From positions 64,001-74,367 of the IMG/VR virus record IMGVR_UViG_3300032270_000270: 10,367 nucleotides of DNA; one strand, written 5' to 3'. This document shows positions 1-6,985 of the stretch, in pieces. The notes beneath the pieces are model-generated. The model was not told where the DNA came from. It made no database searches and saw nothing but the letters and a program-made list of their open reading frames with translations. Every line of letters starts with the position of its first letter. The first letter of the stretch is position 1. The stretch is from a virus (taxonomy: Duplodnaviria; Heunggongvirae; Uroviricota; Caudoviricetes). Made by a program: the position numbers and the translations under genes.

Positions 1-85
1 TATTAATCTCAAACTTCTCTACTACACCAGGGATTTGTGCAATCACTCCATCAGGAATGTGCCCTTTTAATTTATCAACGTTCAT
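1..85 (-). CDS. 5' end of probable endolysin (GH19 chitinase-like lysozyme); runs off the left edge
   Basis: Not in the ORF track. ATG at 85, 2 nt after the stop of 88..681, reads MNVDKLKGHIPDGVIAQIPGVVEKFEIN (28 codons, no stop). This resembles the N-terminus I recall for phage GH19 endolysins (typically continuing TPLRLAHFLAQ). It lies downstream of holin-like and spanin-like genes. Catalytic residues are outside the window. Confidence 0.6.
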   Translation of the reverse strand, partial: MNVDKLKGHIPDGVIAQIPGVVEKFEIN

Positions 86-87
86 AG

Positions 88-681
88 TTATTTAATTTTC
101 CAATAGGATTGTACACCATATACAATCTTACTATTGCCAGTTAAACCAACATTTAATCCAAAAACTTTGTCTTTTTTAGATTTGTAAAGAAATCCTCCAA
201 AAAGAGATTTTACCTCATTAGGATTTCCTGTAACACCCCCACCAATAAATAGAGCTCCCTTAGGAGGAGCCTGCTTAGTGATGATGGTTGTCACAGTAAC
301 TGTTGGAATCTTATAGTTATATTTATAAGACCTGTTCTGTAGCTCGTTTTTATGTACTGTATCAGCTACAGTTACATAACCTAAGGTGTCTATCTTGACA
401 GTGTCAGCATAGATCTTCTTTGCTAAATGAGCAAAGACTAAAGCATCATATTGTGCTTTGAGCTTAGGGTAGTTTGTGTCTGCTATATATTCTGCAGGTA
501 GTGTGTCATGTATTATCTCTTTAACCTTTAACTTCTTGACAATCAATGAGTCATGATGTATCCAGGCTGTATCGTGTAACGTTACAGTATCAGCTTTTAT
601 CTGAGATCCAGTGCATCCTTTATGTTGAAGAGTCACTGTAAACAGTAAAACCATTACAACAAATACTAGAATTTTATTCAT
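88..681 (-). CDS. Membrane-anchored lysis-cassette protein, spanin-like candidate (197 aa)
   Basis: N-terminal hydrophobic segment (KILVFVVMVLLFTVTL) followed by KGC, a DT-rich middle region, and about four C-terminal amphipathic Gly/aromatic beta-strands ending VQSYWKIK. Sits between the holin-like gene (8-nt overlap) and the endolysin. The gene is secure; the function is inferred. Confidence 0.6.
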   Translation of the reverse strand: MNKILVFVVMVLLFTVTLQHKGCTGSQIKADTVTLHDTAWIHHDSLIVKKLKVKEIIHDTLPAEYIADTNYPKLKAQYDALVFAHLAKKIYADTVKIDTLGYVTVADTVHKNELQNRSYKYNYKIPTVTVTTIITKQAPPKGALFIGGGVTGNPNEVKSLFGGFLYKSKKDKVFGLNVGLTGNSKIVYGVQSYWKIK

Positions 682-916
682 TACCTTTTATTTTGTTTAT
701 CCATTTGTCTACAGAAGCAATACCAAAACAAGCTATAGTTAATATTTTGAATGAATCATATATGAACTCATTGACAACCAACTCTTTATGCATAGTGCCA
801 GTGATGATGTCCACTATTGCAAAAATGATCATGATTATAAAAGAAGCAAAGCCAATTACAGCTTTCTCATTAATTGAGTTGCTGTCATTAAATAAATCTG
901 AAAAGAACTTTTTCAT
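674..916 (-). CDS. Holin-like small membrane protein (80 aa)
   Basis: Two hydrophobic segments (AVIGFASFIIMIIFAIVDII; FKILTIACFGIASV) and a charged C-terminus (DKWINKIKGNE), upstream of the probable endolysin. Confidence 0.6.
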   Translation of the reverse strand: MKKFFSDLFNDSNSINEKAVIGFASFIIMIIFAIVDIITGTMHKELVVNEFIYDSFKILTIACFGIASVDKWINKIKGNE

Positions 917-1190
917 TTTCTATGTTAAATTTATTGTTAGGTAATATTGCTACATTCCTAAACACTATTGGTGTTATAGGAATTCTAGTAGGAAAGGAAG
1001 CAGCTGTTTTATAGACCTGTCTTTCCAGATTATCTATACGTGTCTTGTCTATGTTAGACTGAGCCATTAAGACTTTGACATCACCTTTGATTTCGTTTAC
1101 ATCATTCCATATCATCATAGCTAATATAGAAACTAAGGTTGGGAATGTCCAAACTTTAAAAGCCTCAAGTGTAGGGTTACTTTTTATCAT
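888..1190 (-). CDS. Hypothetical single-TM protein with short coiled coil, first gene of the lysis cassette (100 aa)
   Basis: Preferred start is MIKSNPTL at 1190 (A-rich context AAGAAA-ATG), not 1229. One TM segment (VWTFPTLVSILAMMIW), then a heptad-like stretch (VNEIKGDVKVLMAQSNIDKTRIDNLERQV). Overlaps the holin-like gene by 29 nt. Confidence 0.7.
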   Translation of the reverse strand: MIKSNPTLEAFKVWTFPTLVSILAMMIWNDVNEIKGDVKVLMAQSNIDKTRIDNLERQVYKTAASFPTRIPITPIVFRNVAILPNNKFNIENEKVLFRFI

Positions 1191-1200
1191 TTTCTTAAAG

Positions 1201-1222
1201 GGGTGTAAATAAAAATACACCC
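1201..1222. promoter_or_regulatory. Perfect 7-bp inverted repeat in the lysis-cassette leader
   Basis: GGGTGTA-AATAAAAA-TACACCC, ending 10 nt upstream of the ATG at 1190 on the minus strand. The function is unknown. Confidence 0.5.
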
Positions 1223-1281
1223 AGGACATGGATGTATAACATGGTCAGATTGACCTATTTAGGTTAAATTCTACTTCATTG

Positions 1282-1313
1282 CAAAACTAGGTAAAAAACT
1301 TGAAACTACCAAA
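1282..1313 (-). promoter_or_regulatory. Bacteroidota-type housekeeping promoter for the lysis cassette
   Basis: Minus strand TTTG (1313-1310), 20-nt spacer, TAGTTTTG (1289-1282). Matches the -33 TTTG / -7 TAnnTTTG consensus, and is intergenic and correctly oriented. Confidence 0.7.
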
Positions 1314-1320
1314 TATTTTT

Positions 1321-1689
1321 TTAGTAGGGCTGATAGGACTTTTCCTCTACAAAATCACTTCCATACTTAATATTAATATCTTTTTTAATATGTGCTCTCT
1401 TGTCATTTAATATGTAAACATTTCTGGCTAACTGGACAAAGTGATCATCAAACACTTTATCTCTTTCACAATCTCTGAGCCTGTCTTCTACCTTCCAGAG
1501 AGCCTGGTTTACTTCAAGCAACCTGTCTGTCAAAGGATCATGTAATATCTCAGGATGTACAGCATCACTCAGATAATTTCTTTCTTTGAAAACATTAACT
1601 AGTTTGTCTTTGTCTGTAATGTTCAGGGCTTTGATAGAAAGTATAGTCCATTTATCTACAACTTCTCCTACAGAAACTTCAATTTTCAT
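1321..1689 (-). CDS. DUF6165-like small helical protein (122 aa)
   Basis: From ATG 1689: MKIEVSVGEVVDKWTILSIK, NQALWKVEDRLR, FVQLARNVYILNDKRAHIKKDIN, VEEKSY. These match my recollection of the DUF6165 pattern. The ATG at 1716 overlaps the gene's own predicted -7 box, so 1689 is preferred. Confidence 0.7.
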   Translation of the reverse strand: MKIEVSVGEVVDKWTILSIKALNITDKDKLVNVFKERNYLSDAVHPEILHDPLTDRLLEVNQALWKVEDRLRDCERDKVFDDHFVQLARNVYILNDKRAHIKKDINIKYGSDFVEEKSYQPY

Positions 1690-1699
1690 AGCAAAACGT

Positions 1700-1730
1700 T
1701 TTGTTATTTTCAACAAAAATACTAACTTTG
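1700..1730 (+). promoter_or_regulatory. Bacteroidota-type promoter for the glycosylation operon
   Basis: TTTG (1700-1703), 19-nt spacer, TAACTTTG (1723-1730), 17 nt before the ATG at 1748. Confidence 0.75.
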
Positions 1731-1744
1731 TTTGAAATAACCAA
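1714..1744 (-). promoter_or_regulatory. Overlapping divergent promoter for the DUF6165-like gene
   Basis: Minus strand TTG (1744-1742), 20-nt spacer, TATTTTTG (1721-1714), 24 nt before the ATG at 1689. Confidence 0.6.
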
Positions 1745-1747
1745 CAA

Positions 1748-2389
1748 ATGAAACGAGAAACTAGAATAGTAAGTATTCACAATACACCTATGGTTATATT
1801 TGAGAGTCCTGAATGTATCTCAGATGACATAGTTAAGTACAATGATTTCTGGGAATTTCAGTTATTTAATGATTGGAAAGAACACTTCCCTTCTACAGGA
1901 ATGATGTTAGATATTGGGGCTAATATAGGAGGACATTGTGTACAATTTAAACACCACTTCCCTAATCTTAAAATCATAGCATTTGAACCACATCCAGATA
2001 ACTATTCTGTTCTAAAGCAAAACACAAAAAGATACAATGATGTATCTGCAATAAATGTAGGAGTGGGTAGTAGAACATCTATTGTTTCATTTGATGATGG
2101 ACATAGTTCCAACAGTGGTGTGGTAAAGATTGTACCTAATGGAGCACATAAGAACATTGTCTTAGCTCTAGATGATGTATGGTTTGATGAGCCTGTTAAG
2201 TTTATCAAGATAGATATTGAGGGGCATGAGATGTCTGCTTTTGAAGGAATGATAAAATTAATACAAAGAGATAAACCTCTAATATGGTTAGAGGACAATA
2301 CAAGTACAGCTGTAAATTTCTTAGCTAGACTAGGATATACAACAGTTAAAAGAGACTATACAACTCCTGACTTTTTAATGTCAATATAA
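1748..2389 (+). CDS. FkbM-family SAM-dependent methyltransferase (213 aa)
   Basis: SAM-binding motif MLDIGANIGGH, then IIAFEPHP and the FkbM motif IKIDIEGHE. Its stop overlaps the next start (TAATG at 2387-2391). Confidence 0.9.
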   Translation: MKRETRIVSIHNTPMVIFESPECISDDIVKYNDFWEFQLFNDWKEHFPSTGMMLDIGANIGGHCVQFKHHFPNLKIIAFEPHPDNYSVLKQNTKRYNDVSAINVGVGSRTSIVSFDDGHSSNSGVVKIVPNGAHKNIVLALDDVWFDEPVKFIKIDIEGHEMSAFEGMIKLIQRDKPLIWLEDNTSTAVNFLARLGYTTVKRDYTTPDFLMSI

Positions 2390-3318
2390 TGAAACCAGTT
2401 TGCTTAAACTTAGAAGAGTGTAATGGATTAGGGGACCTTATATGTGCCACCCCCACCATCAAGAAACTACATGATGCATATCAAAGAAAGATCACCATCA
2501 TCTCTCAGATGCCTGAGATATTTAAAACGAATCCCTATGTAGAGAAGAGCTATAAAGCTAGTTCTATAGACATGACGTACATACAAAGTAATTACATTGT
2601 ACATAATTCATTCTATCTTGTAGGTAAGAAAGACGAGCGTGGTGTGGAGATGAAGCATAACATGATGGATATCAGACAGTTCCATGCTATACACCTAGGC
2701 TTTATGCTTGGACAAGATGAATTAGAATGCTATTACAAACCTCTAGAACCTAAGAAGAACTTCGTACATGAGAAGTATGCTGTGATACATCCTGTTAACA
2801 GCTGGCCAAATAGAACATGGTCACAAGACAATTGGCTAAAGTTATCTGAAGAGTTAGTGAAGTGGGGATACAAAGTGGTGGCTATAGGTAAAGATAGTTC
2901 TGAGACAGGGTTCTTTAATGTAAACAAACCTGTACATGATATTGATAATCAGAACGTTATCAACTTAATGAATCAAACATCTATCTCTGAGAGCTGGCAC
3001 TTGATCAATGATGCTGCAGTTGTTATAACCATGGACTCTGGCATCCTACATCTAGCAGGTACAACAGAAACACCTATACTTGAATTAGGATCTCCCATCA
3101 ACCCAGAGTTTCGTAGACCATATAGAAAGACTAGTAAGCATATATACGTAAGAGGAGGATGTGGATTACACTGCAGTTCTAATATGAAATATGCTCTTGA
3201 GTATTGGCCTACGATAGACTACGTACAGCCACTGATTGGATGTCTAGAGAAGAAAGAAACTTTTGAGTGTCATCCATCTGTAGCACAAGTGATTCACGCA
3301 ATTAACAATAACATATGA
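2389..3318 (+). CDS. Glycosyltransferase family 9 (RfaF/heptosyltransferase-like, GT-B fold; 309 aa)
   Basis: N-terminal GLGDLICATPTIKKL (catalytic-Asp motif, D16), HPVNSWPNRTW, and the GT9 signature TMDSGILHLAG. C-terminal Cys cluster C258, C262, C285, C294. Confidence 0.85.
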   Translation: MKPVCLNLEECNGLGDLICATPTIKKLHDAYQRKITIISQMPEIFKTNPYVEKSYKASSIDMTYIQSNYIVHNSFYLVGKKDERGVEMKHNMMDIRQFHAIHLGFMLGQDELECYYKPLEPKKNFVHEKYAVIHPVNSWPNRTWSQDNWLKLSEELVKWGYKVVAIGKDSSETGFFNVNKPVHDIDNQNVINLMNQTSISESWHLINDAAVVITMDSGILHLAGTTETPILELGSPINPEFRRPYRKTSKHIYVRGGCGLHCSSNMKYALEYWPTIDYVQPLIGCLEKKETFECHPSVAQVIHAINNNI

Positions 3319-5975
3319 AGAAACTATTAATCATTACTCCTCACCTATCAACAGGAGGAGCACCACAGGTAACTGTAAATAAGGTGGAACTATTACAGAA
3401 TGACTTTGACATTAAGGTGGTAGAATATGCATTCCTAGCATGGCAGTTTGTTGTGCAAAGAAATAGAATCATTAAACTAGTGGGAGATCAGAACTTCCAT
3501 TCACTAGGAGAGAATAAATATGATGAACTGTTGCAAATTCTGCAAGACTTCAAACCAGATGTAATCTCTATGGAAGAATTCCCTGAGATGTTCATGAATG
3601 AAGAATGTGCTGACTACCTATACGATGCAGAGAGACCATGGAAGATTGTAGAAACTACACATGATAGTTCATTCAATCCTAAAAACAAATACTATCTGCC
3701 TGATAAGTTTATATTTGTCAGCTCATATAACTCATTCCAATATATTATATTAAATGTACCTACAGAGGTGATTGAATATCCTATTGATAAGAAGGTTAGA
3801 AACAAGATTGAAAGACAAAAACAACTTGGCTTAGATCCTGAATACAAACACTTTGTAACTGTAGGGTTGTTTACACCACGTAAGAATCAAGCTTATGCAT
3901 TTGAATTAGCTAAGCATTTCAAGAACCACAAGGTTAAGTTTCACTTCATAGGTAACCAAGCAGGCAACTTTGAATTCTATTGGAAGCCCTTGATGGCTAA
4001 TAAACCAGACAATTGTATTGTATGGGGAGAGCGTGATGATGTAAGTGACTTCTTAAAGGCATGTGATGTATTCTTCTTTCCATCCAAAGGAGACAGAGGT
4101 AACAAGGAGTTAAATCCTATTGCCATTAAGGAAGCTATGGAATACAATGATTTGATCAAAGTGATGTATAACCTAGATGTATACTGTAACAAGTATAATG
4201 ATGCAGAGAATATGGTTTATTTAACTGGAGATCTTGGTAGTGATACTACTAATATCATCAACAAATTAAACCTAGATGTACTAGAAGAAGAGTGTATAAT
4301 CCTTGGCACATATCCAAATATTAAAGATAGAGTGCAATGGACTAAGGATACCATCCTATCTCTAAAGCCTTTAGGTAGAAAGATTATACTAGTGAGTCAC
4401 TATCCTGTAGACCAGGACATACAACGTATGGTGGATTACTATATCTATGATAAGCACAACCCTTTGACTCATCATAGTTATTACACTAGGTTTTACAATG
4501 ATAAACCAGAATACTTTGCTGAGATCAATATCAATGGACTGAAGGATAGCAATCAGTCATTGACTGTATTAACTAATATATTCAATGGTGCCAAAGTTGC
4601 TAAGGAGCTTGGATTCAAAAGATTCTTCTATACCACATATGATGTTATGTTAGATGATGATGATATACCTGCAGTGAATGAAGCGTTCAAGACAGATAAA
4701 AAGTTATATGCTGCGACTCTACCCACTCCACAATTACTAGGAATTCAGACCAATGGTATTATGTTTGATACAGACTTCTTCTTAAAAGAGTTTGATGATG
4801 TACGTACACCAGAGGAATGGAACGCTGTGTGTGAGAAAAGAGGATGTGAGAACTATCTAGAAGACTACCTATCTAAGGTGATATTTAGTTTCAATCAAAA
4901 TGATATACAATTAGTTACTAATGATGAGAGTACAATATTGACTAACAGTGGATTAGGTGTAGCATCTAATAGTGAGTATTATTCTATCATCCCTGTTGTT
5001 GGAAAACCAAACATGTACGTGTTCTATTTCTTTACATACAATAGAGACTTTAGAAACATCTATGTATCTATTGCAGATTACATGTGGAAGAGAATCATAC
5101 CAGCTAAGAACCATGAACTTGTTTATCAGTTTGAATTCAAAGGAGATCCTATAGAAGTGAGAATGGATTTCTATGATGGAGATGTATGCTATAAGGTGGA
5201 AGAGTTTACAATAAACAAAGACAACTTAGATACATACACTAATACTGGTAAGTTTGAATGGAAGAAAAAAGACAGACCAAGAATAAAATTAGTTCACATA
5301 CAAACAACATTAAATGATGAAAGAGAACAAGCAAGTAGAACATCCCTTGAACAAGTTAAAGACCATGGATGGGAATATAAGTTACACCTTAACGAGCCCT
5401 ATAAGTCATTACCACCATCATATAACTGCCTTAGACCCAGTTGTGTTTCAATGGAACTCTTCAATGAACAACAAGTTCAACAGCATGGCACTGCACTTAC
5501 CCCAGCACATTATGGATGCTATGAAGCATTCAAGAATGCCATCTTAAGTGAATTCAATAACTGTGACTACTTGATAGTGTGTGAAGGTGATTGTATCATT
5601 GAGGCATCTATTAAAGAATTCATCAAGACTGTAGAAGAGTGTGCAACTAAGCTTATAGAGAATGGAATAGAATACATGTCCTTTGGAGATAAAGATACAT
5701 TAGAATATGGCTGGCCACAAAGTCCTGTTGTCAAAGAAGTGAACGATGACATGTATGTTACAAATCATATTATAGGTTTACAATGTATCATGTTCCCTGC
5801 ACATGTAGCTCCATGGTTAAAAGATACTTTAAGAATGCATGATTGGGATGCTGCTGATATGTATTTTAATAATATCTTTGCAGGAGATAAAATGGGTATA
5901 GTTAAGAAAAGACTTACCACACAAGCAGATGGATTTTCTTTAATAGACAACATGCAAAAAACATTTAGAAAATGA
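3315..5975 (+). CDS. Multidomain glycosyltransferase: GT4 + GT-A-like middle domain + GT25-like C-terminal domain (886 aa)
   Basis: GT4: PHLSTGGAP, VGLFTPRKNQ, E-x7-E motif ELNPIAIKE (265-273). Middle domain from about residue 327: IILVSHYP, VDYYIYD, FFYTTYDVMLDDDD. C-terminal domain from about residue 654: TPAHYGCYEAF, YLIVCEGD, similar to the GT25 GC/EDD motifs. ATGA overlaps at both ends. GT4 is secure; the other two domains are tentative. Confidence 0.8.
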   Translation: MKKLLIITPHLSTGGAPQVTVNKVELLQNDFDIKVVEYAFLAWQFVVQRNRIIKLVGDQNFHSLGENKYDELLQILQDFKPDVISMEEFPEMFMNEECADYLYDAERPWKIVETTHDSSFNPKNKYYLPDKFIFVSSYNSFQYIILNVPTEVIEYPIDKKVRNKIERQKQLGLDPEYKHFVTVGLFTPRKNQAYAFELAKHFKNHKVKFHFIGNQAGNFEFYWKPLMANKPDNCIVWGERDDVSDFLKACDVFFFPSKGDRGNKELNPIAIKEAMEYNDLIKVMYNLDVYCNKYNDAENMVYLTGDLGSDTTNIINKLNLDVLEEECIILGTYPNIKDRVQWTKDTILSLKPLGRKIILVSHYPVDQDIQRMVDYYIYDKHNPLTHHSYYTRFYNDKPEYFAEININGLKDSNQSLTVLTNIFNGAKVAKELGFKRFFYTTYDVMLDDDDIPAVNEAFKTDKKLYAATLPTPQLLGIQTNGIMFDTDFFLKEFDDVRTPEEWNAVCEKRGCENYLEDYLSKVIFSFNQNDIQLVTNDESTILTNSGLGVASNSEYYSIIPVVGKPNMYVFYFFTYNRDFRNIYVSIADYMWKRIIPAKNHELVYQFEFKGDPIEVRMDFYDGDVCYKVEEFTINKDNLDTYTNTGKFEWKKKDRPRIKLVHIQTTLNDEREQASRTSLEQVKDHGWEYKLHLNEPYKSLPPSYNCLRPSCVSMELFNEQQVQQHGTALTPAHYGCYEAFKNAILSEFNNCDYLIVCEGDCIIEASIKEFIKTVEECATKLIENGIEYMSFGDKDTLEYGWPQSPVVKEVNDDMYVTNHIIGLQCIMFPAHVAPWLKDTLRMHDWDAADMYFNNIFAGDKMGIVKKRLTTQADGFSLIDNMQKTFRK

Positions 5976-6985
5976 GAATAGTACACGTAGCTACAGGGCT
6001 TATAACTATACCACCAAATGGATGGGGAGCTGTAGAAAGACTTACATGGGAATATAAACAATCCCTTGAAAAGCTTGGAGATGTTGTAGACATCAAATAT
6101 ATGAATGAGCTAGAGAAATGGCCTGATACAATTGTACATACACATCTAGCTAACCAGGCTTTGTATTGTAGAGACAAAGGTATACCTTATGTATACTCTC
6201 TACATGATCATCATACAGAATGGTATGGTAAAGATAGCTGGGTGTATAAGCAAAACCTAGAAGCTATGAAGCATAGCATTATATCTTTTACACATGCTGA
6301 GTATCTAATAGACTACTTCAGTGAGACTGATAAGTTGTTCTATCTAAGACATGGAGCCAACACAGAATTCTTTACACCAGACAATTCACCTAAACCACAA
6401 GCATTATTAATGATAGCTAACAATGGATTAGCAGGTGACTCAGGCTTTGATAGAAAAGGATTTAGATATGGTATAGAAGCAGCTAGAGAACTAGATATTC
6501 CTATCACGATTGCTGGTCATCCTAATAATGAGAAGTTCTTTGATATACATATAGAGTTAACAAACTATAAAAAGTTAACTTTAAAGTTAACAAATCCTAA
6601 TGATGAAGAAATCAAAGAACTGTATCAAGATCATAGCATTTTCTTACATCCCTCTATGCTAGAAGCAGGACATCCCAATCTAACATTATGTGAAGCAGCT
6701 AGTGTATGTATTCCTATTGTAGGAACTTACAGAGGATCTAAACACTTCCCTGGTATGTGGGTGTTACCAAACATTAGCACAGAGAGTGTAATGCATGGCA
6801 TTACAGAGACAATTAAGACATATGAGATTCGTAGAAATGAGATGATTGAAACACGTGATTCTTATAGCTGGGACAATGTAGCTAAGACATTACATAAATA
6901 CTATGAAAATGTGTTGAAGATCAATGAAGGATACACATCAGAAAGGACAAAACAATTATATATAAACGCATATGATAACATATAA
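5972..6985 (+). CDS. Glycosyltransferase family 4 (337 aa)
   Basis: MRIVHV, IPPNGWGAVE, DRKGFRYGIEAA, FLHPSMLEAGHPNLTLCEAAS, YSWDNVAK: a typical GT4 GT-B layout. Confidence 0.85.
   Translation: MRIVHVATGLITIPPNGWGAVERLTWEYKQSLEKLGDVVDIKYMNELEKWPDTIVHTHLANQALYCRDKGIPYVYSLHDHHTEWYGKDSWVYKQNLEAMKHSIISFTHAEYLIDYFSETDKLFYLRHGANTEFFTPDNSPKPQALLMIANNGLAGDSGFDRKGFRYGIEAARELDIPITIAGHPNNEKFFDIHIELTNYKKLTLKLTNPNDEEIKELYQDHSIFLHPSMLEAGHPNLTLCEAASVCIPIVGTYRGSKHFPGMWVLPNISTESVMHGITETIKTYEIRRNEMIETRDSYSWDNVAKTLHKYYENVLKINEGYTSERTKQLYINAYDNI

Noticed and set aside
88-916. Embedded Rz1-like lipoprotein or a dual-start holin motif
   Set aside because: The ORF track shows no same-strand overlapping ORF within 88..681, though very short ones may fall below its cutoff. 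The holin-like gene has no second Met near its N-terminus.
693-944. Plus-strand 83-aa ORF
   Set aside because: Antisense shadow of the holin-like gene, with no promoter and no recognisable features.
1191-1229. Upstream start MSWVYFYLHPFKK for 888..1229
   Set aside because: The extension runs through the GC-rich hairpin, and the ATG at 1190 has the better A-rich context. Not formally excluded.
1690-1716. Upstream start MLKITKRFA for 1321..1716
   Set aside because: It overlaps the predicted -7 box, and the family-like sequence begins at MKIEVS (1689).
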